The notes: a model not told the origin generated them from the sequence alone. Shown: positions 1 to 26,575, counted from the first letter of the whole stretch. The stretch: DNA of 63,841 nt, filler included, from Ministeria vibrans ATCC 50519 (GCA_943704425.1; 9 parts of 9 records of this genome joined end to end with filler, not necessarily neighbours in it); one strand, 5' to 3'. A program made the numbers and translations.

Positions 1-348
1 GTCCTCGCGATTTTTTTTTTTTTTTTTACGTTCAAAGTCTGCACGTGTAAAAGATTGGGGGTAGTGGCAGCGGATGCGCCGGTATTGAGCGACACTCAAT
101 GATGGTTTGAGGTTGTGGAGGAGGCGTTGACGAAGGAAATGGTTTCGCACTCGCTAAGAAAAATGATGACATTCAATTGTCGCTGGAAAAGAGCCGCTTG
201 TGGCTGTGCTCGTGTGGGCGGGGCATAGTGATAGCATGATGGAGGGGCGGTGGTGGTGGTGGTGGTTGGGAGGCTGATTGTACGCGTTGCCGTTTTGCAG
301 ACGACTTCTTTTTTATTGGGTCTGACTTTATTTTTTTTGTGTGTGTAG

Positions 349-1566
349 TGGAGGGTGGACATCGCGCGGTCATGTTCAACCGCCTGAACGGTGTGCAGGA
401 TAGGATTTACGGCGAAGGAATGCATTTCCGGTAAGGAAATGAAATCTGTGTGTGTGTGTGTGTGTGAGAGTGTGAGTGTGAGTCGGAAGTTGACTCATGT
501 TGGCTCGTCACAGAGTACCGTGGCTCATGATTCCCACCACCTACGACATCCGTGCTCGTGCTCGACGTATCCCTAGTCTTACGGGTAAGGTGGTTGTTTT
601 TTTTTTGTTTTACTTCTTACTATTTTTTCTACTTGACACTCTTCTTCTTATAATTGTTCTCATGTAGGAAGCAAAGATTTGCAAATGGTCAATATCACAC
701 TGCGTGTGCTTGCACGTCCCGACATCACCCATCTTGCTGAAATCCACAGAAATCTCGGCGTTGACTACGATGAGGTAAAACAACAGAGATAGAGAGAGAG
801 AGAAGGTAATAATTATTATGAATATTTTGGTAGCGAGTTCTTCCGTCGATTGTCAATGAAGTTCTCAAGTCCGTTGTTGCGCAATTCAATGCGTCGCAGC
901 TGATCACTCAGCGCGAACGTGTCTCTGGGCTGATCCGTTCGCAGCTCATTGAGCGTGCGCGCGATTTCAATGTTGTGCTTGAAGATGTCTCCATCACGGA
1001 CCTCAGGTGAGGAGGAGCAGGCGTGAATGAAAACGTGACTGACTGAGTGTGTTAGTTTCGGTCGTGAGTACACTGCTGCAGTGGAGGCCAAGCAGGTGGC
1101 GCAGCAGGAGGCCCAACGTGCGCAGTTCATTGTCGAGAAGGCTAAACAGGTTAGTGAGAGAGAGAGAGAGTGTGTGTGTGTGTGTGCGAGTGAGTTGAGT
1201 GTTCAATTGTCTGGTATGTGTGTGCGTAGGAGCGACAAGAGAAGATTGTGAATGCAGAGGGAGAGGCACAGAGCGCCAAGCTGATTGGTATGAGTGTGCG
1301 TCACAACCCGGGTTTCCTGCATCTGCGTCGCATTGAGGCTGCGCGTGAGGTACCAAACATGTGTGTATGTTTTTCTGCGTCTCATTTCTCACACACGTAC
1401 ATTTTATCAGGTGGCACAAGTGATTGCAGTGTCGCAGAACAGGGTGATGCTCAACTCAGACGCACTGCTGCTCAACGTGGAGGACTCGGGCAGGGGCACA
1501 GACATGCTGATGGACACCTCCAACGAGAGCAAGCCCACGGCCGTTGCTGCTACGTCGTCCTGGTAG
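349..1566 (+). CDS. PHB2: Prohibitin-2 (7 visible exons; first exon not located)
   Basis: Spliced GT-AG exons give [124 protein letters not shown]; stop ends at 1566. Confidence 0.95.
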
Positions 1567-1747
1567 ACACTGTCTTCATTACATTTTTTGCTTTTTTTGT
1601 CTTTTTCTCTCTCTGTCCCTTTCTGTTTCGATGTGTCTTGTGTGTTTGATAATTGGAGGAAGAGAGACAGTTCTAGTATAGTCAGCTGTAGACAGATATG
1701 GATTGCGTGTGCAAAAGTGTGTGTACGGCTACTTTGAAACATTTGGT

Positions 1748-2838
1748 TTACAGAGGCTTTTTCTTCTCGTCGTTGGAAGAGGAGAAGTGGTTTGGCGCGA
1801 CCTGATCGTATGACGGGGGAAGGTCTTGAAAGACGGTAGCGGAGGTAGAGGCAGAGGAAGAGGAAGCGGAGGGGGGCATGAGAGGCGCGGAGGGGGGCAT
1901 GAGGGGCGCGGAGGGAGTGGGCTGTTGGGCGTAGTAGGGAGCGGAGGGGCCGGACCACTCCTGTGAAGGGTACGGCTGTTGCTGTTGCTGTGGAGGGTAT
2001 GGCTGTTGTTGTTGTGGAGGGTATGGCTGCTGTTGTTGCTGAGAAGGGTATGGCTGTTGTTGTTGTGGAGGGTATGGCTGCTGTTGTTGTGGAGGGTATG
2101 GCTGATGTGGTGGTGGTGGTGGTGGGTATTGTTGTTGTTGCTGCTGCTGTTGTTGTTGTTGAGAGTGGTGCGATGGTGTTGAGGAGGACACGCTCACTTT
2201 GATGACGAAGATGTCGGGTCCGCAAGGAGAATTTTTGCCGAAGAGACGGAACTCTTCAAATGCCTTCTCAAAAATGAGCTCGTACACGATGCGGCCGCCA
2301 GACCGCTGTGTCGCCGTCACACAAGCAGTAATGAGTTTGCTTGTGGCGGTGCGCATCTCATGCTGCCACTTGTCGCCGGCGGGCCGTACGTAGCATTGAG
2401 AGATGCATGGAGCGATGCACAGGCCAACGAGACAGACGGCGCACGGAATGAAGGTTGTGAAGCAGCAGGAGGCGCGCGACACGACCACGCGCATGGCGTC
2501 CGACACCGGGTCGCAGACTGCGTTGATCTCAACCATGAACTGCTGAAAGGCAGTGGGGTCGAGCACCTCCTCGAGCGCAGAGGGACGAGAGTACCCAAAC
2601 TTCAAGGCATTTTGACTGTTAAAAATAAAAAGGAACGGAGAAGAGGATAAAGCAGAGTGGGTGTCTCGCCAAGGGATGGCGGGGTGGCATACCTGCCCAG
2701 ATTGCGCTCGGGCCGCAGATAGGCCACAACGCCGGGCTCGTCTTTGGGTCCGCGGCGGTTGAAGTCGCGGTTGGCCATGGCCAGATCGCCCAGCGTCATC
2801 CAGTTCATTGCAAGCGCCCCTTCGCCCCTAAGCAGCAT
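1748..2838 (-). CDS. Cys-rich hydrophobic (Erf4/Golgin-A7/CHIC-like) protein with Gln/Pro/Tyr repeat tail; 2 exons
   Basis: Intron ~2692-2617 joins ORF 2602-2838 in frame with ORF 1748-2605; FQQFMVEIN followed by CCFTTFIPCAVCLVGLCIAPC; (PYPPQQQQ)n repeats and a PPSY motif. Family call is tentative. Confidence 0.6.
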
Positions 2839-3337
2839 ATGCCGTTCACGGAGTTAAAATACACACCCACGAACCACATTTCGACAATGTACCATGTTGT
2901 TTGGCGTCGTGGCATGATGTCAAAAATTGAAATGAAATGAATAATCTTATGATTCTTATCTAATCAACCGAGCAACGCTGAAAGCTTAAATGAATTCTGC
3001 ATTTCTGCTTATTACATAATTTTTGATGTAAATAGATATGGAGGTGGAAAATACTCGTTGGAATGGAGGGGAGAGACGCAGGAGAAGGGATGAAGTTGAA
3101 GGTGAAGCAGAGAATTTGATGGTGGAGGTAAGGACAACAAACGAAACTTTGAAAGTCACTCGTTCGCCCGCGTACGCGTGTAGGAGCGGCCTGCAAAGCG
3201 CATATGTCGACAACAGGTGGAAGATGGCGTTGTTGAAGTAGCGGCGGCGGCGGCTCCGAGCTCTCCGATGGCGATGGAAGTGGACGGAATTCAAACGCAT
3301 CAGACGATGGAACTGGATCAGCGCGTCTTGGTGTGGG

Positions 3338-4684
3338 TCAAGGGGCTGCTGACTTGGTCGAATCGATAGCAAGCATGTGCATGCACGCGTGTTCGTCGGG
3401 GGCAGGAAAGCAAGCAGCTCCATTTGTATCACAATATTTTATGTAAGACAAGCAACACTTCTTCACTGTCTCAAAGAGGCATCGTCCAAAAGTGGCGCGG
3501 AAGGAACACACCTGCCGCAGAATCGGGTACAGCCGTGGCCGAGCGAGCCCCACGCAAGTGCTCGAGCGACGTGCGTTGAGATCCCAGGAGCGTTGCTGAG
3601 GGAGGGCAGACTGGAGGCGCAGCGGGCACTCGGGTTGTTGAGCGTGCTTTTCGGATACCTCTTTGTGGCTTGCGCGAGGCAGCATGACTGGCCCGTTGTT
3701 GTTGTTGCTGCTGCTGCTGCATTTTTGGCATGGCTACCACTTTTTCTTTTGTGCCGGTGCATTGCTGTGCGTCGGTCGTCATGGCTGCAGTGACCGCGCT
3801 TGGTCTTGTCGCCACTCTCATTGCTGCTCTCGTTGCTGGTCTTGTCGCCGTTCTAGTAGTGGTGGTAGAGGGTGGTGGCGGCGGCGGTGGTGGTGGTGGT
3901 GATGGTGATGGTGTTATTGGTGGTGGAAGAGGTGCGGGTGTCGTAGGCTTGCGTGGTTTGTGCGCTTTTGCAGAGTGAAGCAGCAGTCCTCGTTGCGTTG
4001 CAAAGTGTCGCACTACCACATTCGAATAAAAAGAGATAAACAAAACAAAACGAAACACATCAAATCAGCGGTGGTCGGCGTCCGCATGCATGATGATGTC
4101 GTTATTGGCGTATAATATCTTAAGATATTCAATTTGGGCGTCGTACTGCAAGCGGGAAAGCAACAGGAGAAGACGCGTTGATTTTCGGGACTGTTTTGCG
4201 CCATTTCCATCGCGCTGCGCTCAAACGACGGTGACGAGGATGCCATTGACTGCGGCCCTGTCTCTGGGCCTGGCTGGGTGTTGCTGCTTGGCGTTGGGGT
4301 TGGAGAGGAGGTGCATGAGACAGTGGTGAGTGGCACAATGGGCGGCAGAAGTGTCGGCGAGAGCGCGTCGCTTCGAGACGGTGATCCCGCCGTCGTTGTC
4401 GCATCGTCGTCGTCGTCATTGCCGTCCAGCTGATACATATCACTGCAGCCTGCGGGACCCGCAAGGAGAGAGCCAATGGTGGCGAGTGGAGTGGCGTTGT
4501 CGTGATCGCTTCGAACGTGTTCCAACGCAAAATAGGCCAGTGTGTGCGCGTCCCTCTCCATGCCAACCCTTGTACGCTCGCAATCAACGCATTCTGCTGG
4601 CAGCTGCAAACTTGACTCCATCTCGGGTAGAAGCTCCACGGAGCCAGCTGGCTGGCCCAGAATGTTGTCAATAAACTCGTCCAT
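3338..4684 (-). CDS. Low-complexity protein with a single C2H2 zinc finger
   Basis: Splicing ORF 4013-4684 to ORF 3471-4058 yields FSCCFPACMRHFATQRGLLLHSAKAHK (C-x4-C-x12-H-x4-H). The 3' end is at 3471, or at 3338 via another intron. Confidence 0.55.
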
Positions 4685-4892
4685 AGGCTAAAGTTTTTCA
4701 ATTAGACTCTATCTGTCCTAAGTCCTAACTGATATCTTGATCTCCTACGACCTCTCAAATGGCAGTACACTGGTGACTGGCCACGGCAGAACACTAAAAT
4801 ACGTGCAGATTATTAGTAATTAGGGCAATATTTCTGGGTGTGAATCATCTCATTCAGAAATTCGAAAATGCACAAATTTCTGAAATTTTTCA

Positions 4893-5985
4893 ATGTCGGC
4901 CACGTTTGATATTAACGCCAGCGCGCAAAAGAAAGAGTTTATGACTTCGGACGGTGTGCGTCTCAGCTACCTGGAGGCAGGTGAAGGCACCCCTTTTGTG
5001 ATGGTTCCAGGTAACTTTTTCGTAACTTTACTGTAACCAAACGGAGAGTCCGCTGAGAATCCGCTGAGAGGAAGAGAGCGCGTCGCTGTCGGCGTTTGTC
5101 TGATGTACATTGTACACTGTATTATGCAACATAATATCCGACCGTTCCGGCCAAGCAGACGCCTCACATGGCAATGCATGTGTGTTTTGTGTGTGTGTGT
5201 GTTTTTTTTTTCTTGTTGTTGTTGACGTACAAAATCAACACGTAGGAATGAGCCAAAGCAAGGACCAGTGGTTCCAGCAGATCAACGAGTTTTCCAAGAC
5301 GCACCGTGTGGTGGCGGTGGACATGCGCGGACACGGCGACAGCGAAAATGCCATTTTTGGGCATCGGATTTCGCGATACGCAACGGATCTGCACGAGCTG
5401 ATGTGCGCACTCAACCTGCACGACGCCATCATGATGGGCCACTCGATGGGCTGCTCCATCATCTGGTCGCTCTTCGACCTGTTCGGCGCTGCTCGCATGG
5501 CGCGCTGTGTCTTTGTTGACATGTCGCCCTTTCTGTGTAAACATTCGCAGACGACAGTGCCCCAACGCGGCGGGGCCTTTGACGCCGCCGGGACCTTTGC
5601 GACCGCCGACGCCTTCCGTGGCGATGCGGCCGACGCAACGACCCGCGCCATTCTGACGAGTATGTTCACCGAATCAGTCTCCAAAGAGATGTTTGAGACG
5701 ACGACTGCGCTGAATCACAAGATGCCGCGACCGCTCCTCGCCGAGCTGCTGATCAACAACGTGTTCAGCGACTGGTGCGATGTGTTTCCGCGCCTGCAGC
5801 TGCCCTCGCTGTGCATTGGTGGGAAGCTATCGCTCGTTCCCTGGGAGAGTGTCGAGTGGCAGGCGAGTCAGCTGCCCAAGGGCCGTGCCGTCATCATTTC
5901 CGCCGAGGACAAGGGCAACCACTTTGCCTTTATGGAGAATCCCACCCTTGTCAATGGTGCCATCAAGGCTTTCCTCGCCGAGTGA
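4893..5985 (+). CDS. Alpha/beta hydrolase (non-heme haloperoxidase/arylesterase-like), 2 exons
   Basis: Exon 1 MSATFD..TSDGVRLSYLEAGEGTPFVMVPG, intron 5011-5245; VAVDMRGHGDS, GHSMG nucleophile elbow, C-terminal GNHFAFMENP His. Confidence 0.9.
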
Positions 5986-6128
5986 ATACAAAAGTACAAT
6001 GAGGGTCCATCTTTTCCCGTACGAGATGGAGATGAAATGGAGATTCCTATGATATTCCTATCCTAATCAATAATGACAATAATTTTTGAATTTTATTTTT
6101 GTTGTTTTCCGTCTGTTCCTCGCATACG

Positions 6129-7240
6129 ATGGTCAAGCTGATGTGCATGTGGGGTGCTGTGCTGGCGGCGTGCATTGTTGCGCTGGCACAAGGCAGTCGA
6201 CTGGAACAAGTGCACTTGTCATTCGGAGACTCTCCAAGCGAAATGACCGTCTCATTTGTCATTGTGGGCGCGTCAATTGATAGCAGTATGAGTGCAGAGG
6301 TTGCGTATGGCACGAAGAGCGGGGAGTTGACCGGTAATGAACGTTTTCAGTGCGCCACAAAAAAAACGACAAGTGCTTGACAAGCGTGTGGTCCTTCCAG
6401 AGACGGTCAGGGCGGGCACGAGCACGTACACGGACGGCGGATGGGCTGGGACGCTGTACAATGCAACGCTCACGGGCCTGGCGCCGTCCACCGAGTACTA
6501 CTACGCGTGTCGCGTCGTTGCGCGCGACCACGTCGACCTGGCCATGTTGAACCCGCTCGTCTTTGACCTTACTGCCGAGTTTTCGTTCCGCACTGCGCCG
6601 CCTGTGGGCTCGGCCGAAGGAATCAACCCCGGTGAAGGTCTTCAAATCTATGCTGTTGCGGATCTTGGTGAGAACGAAGGAAAAGCGCACACATCTCTAC
6701 ACAACTGTATCACACTTTGTATGTGACTGCATCTTAAATAATAATACTGACTGGCTTCTTCTTCATCACAATAATAATATTATTATAATAATAAACATTA
6801 AACGTCCTTTGTATTCGCGCAGGACTTGGATGCGACAAACCCGGTTGTGGCAATGCCACGGTGGCGGCACTCGCTTCGCTCGTGGCAAACAAGAAGGCTG
6901 ACTTTGTTTTGCACGCCGGAGACATTGCGTACACGTCGGGGACCCAAAACATTTGGGATTCATACATGAACGAAATGGAACGTAACAAAACGGAGGAACA
7001 TGGAAAGAATGAGTCACAATGCGTGTTTGCTTTGTAGCCATTGCGTCTCTGACACCCTACCAAGTGTGTGTGGGCAATCATGAGTCACACTACAATTTCT
7101 CGGGCTATCTCCATCGCTTTAATATGCCCCATTATTCACAGAGAGGCAAACTCGCCAATTTGTATCATTCGTATGATTTTGGTATTGTTCACTTTTTGGC
7201 GTTTAGTACGGAACACGATCACTCGCCAGGAACAGAACAA
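6129..7240 (+). CDS. Purple acid phosphatase (secreted metallophosphoesterase), 3'-incomplete
   Basis: Signal peptide, EQVHLSFG N-terminal domain, LTGLAPSTEYYY, ADLG, HAGDIAY, VGNHE, YHSYDFGIVHFLAFSTE; C-terminal GHxH exons not found after the N gap at 7270. Confidence 0.9.
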
Positions 7241-7827
7241 GTAAGAGAAAAAGACTGCAATATTTCCCTNNNNNNNGGGGTGGAGGGGGGCACAAGGGAT
7301 GCACTGCAATGCACGCGGACGGGCCCGTGCGCGCTCCAGCAACTCACTTGTGCATTGGGACTCGTTTGTGGGACGAACGAGGGACGAACGTTAAAAAAAA
7401 AAAAAAAAAAAGTCGCGACGAAAAAAATCCCGTCCAAGAAAGACGCGAGCTGCTAGAGGGCTTCAATGCTTGTCACTTACCAAAGATAAGGTTACGGGAG
7501 AACATGACTGTGCTGAAGAGGCCAAAAAAGAAAGATTCGACTCAGAATTTGACTGAAGAAGAACTGAAATGAGAAATCTTCTCTTATTTTTTAATATGAG
7601 TCGGAACTTAAATTTTCTGAGACTATTTGATCGTTGTCGCGACCTTGTGAGTCGTGACGACTCGTTTAATACACCCAAGTGAGAGACCCAAGCGCGGTGA
7701 AGCGCCACGCCAAATAGACCGCCCACTCGCACAATTCGGTACAAATGAAGGATTTAGGTTAGAGTTGACACTAAAAAAATAATACTATTGCTGTAATACA
7801 TACAGAGAAATAAAGATAGGAAAAGGT

Positions 7828-8829
7828 CTACTCGAGGAGCGGACGCTGCGACTCGGCGTGGAAACGGTCGGCACTGCGGTTCTGCCAGACCTTCATGCCA
7901 AGGTAACCCAGGAGGAGAAGGGCAAGGATGCCGCCAATGACGCCGCCGGCAATGGCGCCGGCGTCGTCGGACTTGTGGGGAGCAGGAGGAGGCACAGAGG
8001 TGGGGTGGGACGTTGCTGTCGCCTGAGCACTGCTGACAACCGTGCTCATGGCAGGTGCTGCCGACTTGGAACTGACCGCGGTCGACACTGCCGATGCAGA
8101 CGTGCTGGGGGCAGTAGAGGACACAGCAGCAGTGGGAGCAACGGCAGTCGAGGCAGCCAAGGAGACTGACGCAGCGGCAGACGACGCAGCAGCAGTGGGA
8201 GCTGAAGCAGACGACTCAGCGACAGACGACGGAGCAGCAGACGACGCAGCAGCAGTGGAGGCTGCAGCAGACGACTCAGCGGTAGACGACGCAGTAGCAG
8301 AGGGAGCTGCAGCAGACGACTCAGCGGTAGACGACGCAGCAGCAGTGGAGGCGGCAGCAGACGACTCAGCGGTAGACGACGCAGCAGCAGACGACGCAGC
8401 AGCCGAGGAAGCAGCAACAGCTGAGGTAGCAGCAGATGAAGCAGCAGCAGAGGAAGCAGCAACAGCTGAGGTAGCAGCAGATGAAGCAGCAGCAGAGGAA
8501 GCAGCAACAGCTGAGGTCGCAGCAGATGAAGCAGCAGCAGCAGATGACACAGCTGCAGCAGAGGAGGCAGGCGCACTAGAGGGCGACGCCACCGCAGTCA
8601 TGACGCCACTCGCGACAGCCGCCGAAGTTGGAATGGCAGCAGTGGACGACATGGCTTCGGATGTGGCCATCGCACTGGCAGACGCCGAGTCGGTCACGGC
8701 CAAGGGAGCGGCACAGGCGAGCGCAACACAACACAGAGCTATGTCACAAACAACATGAATAATAAACACGAGAGAGCATGGCCGTTAGAAGTCCACTTGA
8801 TCACCAAAAATACACGTCAAAAGAGGCAT
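7828..8829 (-). CDS. Ser/Ala-rich mucin-like single-pass type I membrane protein
   Basis: Short first exon MPLLTCIF spliced to ALCCVALACAAP (signal peptide); tandem SSAAASSAATSAVAA / SSTAESSAAASTAAA repeats; TM segment AGAIAGGVIGGILALLLLGYLGM; short cytoplasmic tail. Confidence 0.8.
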
Positions 8830-9212
8830 CAGCAGAGTGGCGGCGAGACGCAATCAGCGCAAACGCGACATCAGAAATCACGCGTGATTGCACATTTCCC
8901 TCAAAATCCACAAAAACACACTCACCCCCAGCCGATTTCCACCAAAATGGGGCATAGCATGGCCCGTCGAGTCCCCTCCCGCCCCTTTCCACGGCAATAC
9001 CCAATCATTTTCACGCCAAACGACTCAACTCGACAAAAAAAGACGAAAAACATCCGCGCATCGCTCAACCGTCCCCTCTCTCCTTTCCCCGTGAGCTGAC
9101 CATACCAAGAAAAACTGGCCGCATGGTACTGAACAATCCGCAAAAAATCAAGTCGAAAATGTGTTAAAAACAATAAAATGAATAAAACTTTACTCAATAT
9201 TTTAGAATTGGT

Positions 9213-22045
<12,833 letters not shown>

Positions 22046-22176
22046 TTCTATTTTGATGCCTTGTGAATAATTATAATAATCAATGACTTGTATAAAATAT
22101 AACACTATCGTCGTTCTTTTTTGATTCTGAAAAAGAAAAACGTATGTTTCGTATTTGTTTGGTGATTCTTGTGTTT

Positions 22177-22771
22177 CTACAGCTTCATGGGATCATCCAG
22201 TTCGCGCATGGCCTCGGCGAGCTCAAGCAGCTTGCCAATCTCGTCATGACTGCACGCCTGCTTCAGGAACGGATGCTGAAAGGTAAAGAAGAGCACATCA
22301 ATCAGCACAAGGACACGAAAGAGAAGAAAAGGTAAAGGGGAGGGGAGCGAAAAACAAAGTGAGAGAGAGAAAGAAAAGACGGAGAAGAAGGACACAAAGT
22401 GATAGAAGAGTATGGAGAAAAAAAAAAGTAATGGAGAACGAGTATCGCACCTTGAGGAGCTCGTGTGAAGTCGCACGCTTGTCTGACTCTTGCAGCATGC
22501 GGTCCACAAAGTCTCTAAAGTCGGGAGACCATTCAGAGGGGTTCTTGAAGGTCGGAGGATTCTCAGTGGCAATCAGGAACAGTGCACGCAGTGGGTCGCA
22601 GTCCATGTAGGGCGGAACAGTGTCGGCCATTTCAAGACACATAATGCCCAACGACCACACATCAACCTGAGTAGAGCGATGGAGGGTCGGATCAATTAAC
22701 AAAACGAGACACACTTATAATGACAAAAACAATAATAACAATAATATAAAAGAATTAGTTGGTGTTGTTGG

Positions 22772-22802
<31 letters not shown>

Positions 22803-25740
22803 AATGTTAATGTTGTTGTTGTTGTTGTCGTCGTCATTGTTGTGGTGGAGGTGTTATTTTTTTAATTCTACCTTTGCATCGTAAGGATGGTTGCGCACCA
22901 CCTCAGGTGCCATCCAGTAGGGTGTGCCCACGACTGTTGTGCGCTTCGTTGCGTTATCCGTCATTTCCACACAGTACCCAAAATCCGCCAGTTTCACATC
23001 CTATTCAACCAACAAAAACGTTATTAACTATTACCCGTCTGTCTTCTCTATATAAATATAATCATCCATGACATCGACCACGTACTCCACGGGTGGACAA
23101 CAAAATGTTGTCGCTCTTAATGTCGCGATGCAGACGGTTGCGCTGGTGGAGATGCGCCAGACCGGCCACCACCTCCCGACACACAAACGCAATGTGCGCC
23201 TCCGACATGGTCTCATTCTTCACCAGCTCAGTCAGTGTCCCTCCCGCCATAAACTCCATAATCACCTACGCGTGAAATGACCCACCACAAAGACAAAGGC
23301 ATAAGACACACAAAAAGAGGGACGTAGATATCAGTGTTGCTTCATACCCAGATGGACTTTCGAGTAAGAAAACTTCCGCGGTACTGGACCACATTGCGAT
23401 GACGAGTGATTTCAAGCATACAAATCTCGTTTTTGAGCGCCTTCATGTCAGTCCCCTTGAGCTTGATCACCTTGACTGCCACCACCTCGTTCGTTGGCAG
23501 ATGAATGCCTTTGTATACACACCCGTAAGCACCTTAACCAACAAAAAGAATAAAAACACCATGTGTGAGTAGTCGCGTCTGACGCGAGGTACTTGTTTTC
23601 TTTTTTTTTTTTTTTCTTTTTTTTTCCTTCTCCAATTTTTTTCAAGTCCTTAAAGTACAGTTTGGGGTCTTCGCGCGAGACGCGCTTTTCCCATACCTCA
23701 TCGAGAGTCATGCGGACCTCGCCGGCATTGGTTGAGGCACGTGAGGGCGCAGTCATGCTCGTGCCAACTGCCGCCGACACAGACGGGACATTGACGAGCT
23801 GTTCTGTTTCGACGACGGGCGCCACTGACTCTGAGGCAGATGCGCTAGGTGACCCAAACGCCTTTGTGGCAGCCACATCGGCAGCGGAAGGAGCAAGAGC
23901 GGGCACGGGAGCGGAAGCCTCCTGTTGGGGTACCTCTTGTTGGGGTAAAGGAGCAGGCGGTTCTTCGTGGTGTGGAGGCGTTTGATTGTCAGAGTTTGGT
24001 GCTTGCTGTTCGATAGAGGGTGTGTCGTCTTGGTTGTTGTCGACGTTAGGATTGACAAAGTGGTAGGTGGACTCGTTGGCAAGACTAGTTGAACTGTTAG
24101 CGAGGAGGCGTGCGAGGGCAGCGGCGCCAGAGCTCTCTTCCTCCTGTTCTTGGGAGTCGCCGTTGGCGACGCTGGCTGTTTGTGGAAAAGAGGTGGAGGA
24201 GGGTGCTTCGGTGGCTGTCGAGTCTCTGGGGTATTTTGTGGGTGGACGAGGCCGTGGCTGAGGTTTAGGACGCGGACTTGGCTTGGGGGCTTTTGAGGCG
24301 GGACGTGGTGCCTTGACGGGAGGTGTGCGCGCTGCTGTTTGGGCCGGTATTGCAATGATGTCAGGCACAATTTCAGTTTCGCTGTCAATGTGTTTGTCTT
24401 GGGGAGGCGGAGTGGGTGGGCGCGCTTCGTTTGCCTCGGCCTGCGCATCAATTTCAGCAACCTCCTCGTTGCCGTCGTCAGTGTCCTGGCCCGACTGGCT
24501 CGACGAAGGAGGCGGTGGTAAAGGACCGTCGCGAACGCTTTCGCGTTTCTTGGGATTAAGACGATAATCGCGCGACATGGGTGACGGCCTCTTGGGTTTG
24601 GCAACACCAGGCGGGCCTACATCGGAAGCCTGAGCCGGCGGTGCGGCCTCGCCGGGGGTCGGTGGCAAGGGTGAGTCGGCTGTGGTGGACTGAGGGCGTT
24701 TGTTTTTGGCAGGTCGCGGTGAGTAGTCAATGGTGGGAAGGGGACGCACGGTGCGTCGTTTGAGACTAGCTGCCTGGGGTGTGAGAGGGAGAGGATGCAC
24801 AACCAAGGCCGAGGTAATATCATACAGGTGGCTCTCGTCGTCGCCTTCATAGTCGACGGGCAAAGGGGCGGGTCCAGTGGGACGAGTGGCGTACGCAGGC
24901 AAGTCGTACAAGAAATCATCGCCAGTGCTCTCCATGACAGCCGAAAGAGTGCTCCCTGCAAGCGGTGGAGACGGAGACGATTCGTATTGGGCAGCGGAGG
25001 CAGCAGTGGCGTGAGGGGTGCGCTCATAGAGGGCATTGTCAACCATGGACGACGAGAGAGACGACGTCGACTGAACTCGCGACCCCACTGCACTCGGCCC
25101 TGACTGTTCACTTCTTCGTCCACTACTACTGTCATCATCATCGCTGCTGTCCTCGCCCGGTTCACCAAGGTCCGGTCGCAGTGACGTCGTTCGTTTTGGA
25201 GGAACCTAAATGAGACAAAAAAAAATCAAAAAAAATCAAAAAAAGAATTGAACAATAATATTTAATGTTGTGCGCGGTGCGCGGTGCAAATGTGTATGTA
25301 AGTCATGTGAATGTATATGTTGTTGTTGTGCTGTGCTGTGTGTAAGTGATACCGTTGATTGGAGAAGACCCTGTTGGAATTCAAGAGCCTTGAGCAGTGC
25401 CGAAGGGTTCTTGCGCATTTCGTCGAGCGTGAGACCCGATTGTTTCACAAGCATTTCCCACTCTTTAGGCAGACCAATGACTTCGCCCTGTTGCGAAAAG
25501 TCCACGTGAACCACGTTACGGGTCACATTGAAGGGTCGACCAATCTCGCCCGCCTTGTTCATGTTCTGCGCGCTTCCTTTCTTCTGTACACAAAAGAGGC
25601 ACAACGACGATATGTGTGCACACTCATTGAGCGAATCGCTTCTCATCATCTTTGGAGGGCGGGGGCCTGGCGTGTTACTTACCGACAGCAGACCAGTCTG
25701 TGCAGCAACAACAGGAGCGGCGGCGGCAGTTTCGGCACTC
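22177..25740 (-). CDS. p21-activated kinase (PAK/Ste20) with CRIB domain; 5' end uncertain
   Basis: [38 protein letters not shown]; kinase exons [71 protein letters not shown]; stop at 22177. Confidence 0.93.
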
Positions 25741-26475
25741 TAAAGTGAGTAAGAGCGGTTCACATGACACGACAGCCAAAAAGGGACACCCCAGCGCGCA
25801 GTCCACTTGCAACCGCTTGCGCGTACCATATGATAGTCGTGGCGCACGAGAGTGGGTGCACTGATTTCTGCTTTGCTGAGTCGTCGGGTCTTATCCTTGG
25901 ACACAGGCTCCTGCGAGCAAGGGACGAAGAGCGAACGAGGATAAGCGAGACGATATCAAAAAAAAAGAAATTAATAGTAAACATGGACACGCTCAGAGCG
26001 AAGACAGAGGCCGCGAGACCAATGGCGACGGCGGAGAAGGATGGCCAGGATGGAATAGAGGGAGTGGGGCGGGCAAGGAGGGCGCGCGAGGGGCGACTGA
26101 GGCGCAAAAGATGCGCTGTCATCCCTTCGCATGAAAAAAAAAAAAAAAAAAGCCAAGTTTGTTGGGAAAGCCATGCAGAAAATCCTGGGGGGGTTGGAGT
26201 GTGGCTGGATGGGCAGGGGAATATGGAGCGGGGGTGGAGGGCATTTGAGGGGAAAATGCAGCGGAGGGGCAAGGAGGAGGGCGAGCGGCGCAGAAGGGAT
26301 ATCGGCAAAGTGATGTGGGTCTGTTTGACGTGTGTAGCGCCAGTGCCCAAGGGACGCGTGCGCTGCAGCGCCACACCCGCCCGTACGGTCCGATCGTCAG
26401 CAATGGGCTGGATGTCGTGCGTGTACACCGACGGGTTCCTCTCTGTCTTTTTTTTTTTTTTTTTTTTTTTTTTTT

Positions 26476-26575
26476 NNNNNNNNNNNNNNNNNNNNNNNNN
26501 NNNNNNNNNNNNNNNNNNNTTAATTAATTAANNNNNNNNNNNNNNNNNNNNNNNNNNNNNNNNNNNNNNNNNNNN
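26476..26575. other. Artificial scaffold spacer N44-TTAATTAATTAA-N44. The same spacer recurs with the 12-mer at 36979, 40513, 52124, 56758, 58179, 59556 and 61556
   Basis: Identical 100-nt construct with stops in all six frames; genes are cut at each one. Confidence 0.97.

Noticed and set aside
7277-7600. Continuation of purple acid phosphatase after the 7-N gap
   Set aside because: No GHxH or other PAP motif found; likely a mis-scaffold or missing sequence.
8042-8758. Plus-strand Ala/Asp/Glu-rich 238-aa ORF
   Set aside because: Antisense shadow of the Ser/Ala repeat membrane protein, which has a signal peptide and TM helix.
26520-26531. TTAATTAATTAA as a piggyBac TTAA target site or biological motif
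   Set aside because: It is always centred in exactly 44+44 Ns and recurs eight times, so it is an artificial concatenation spacer.
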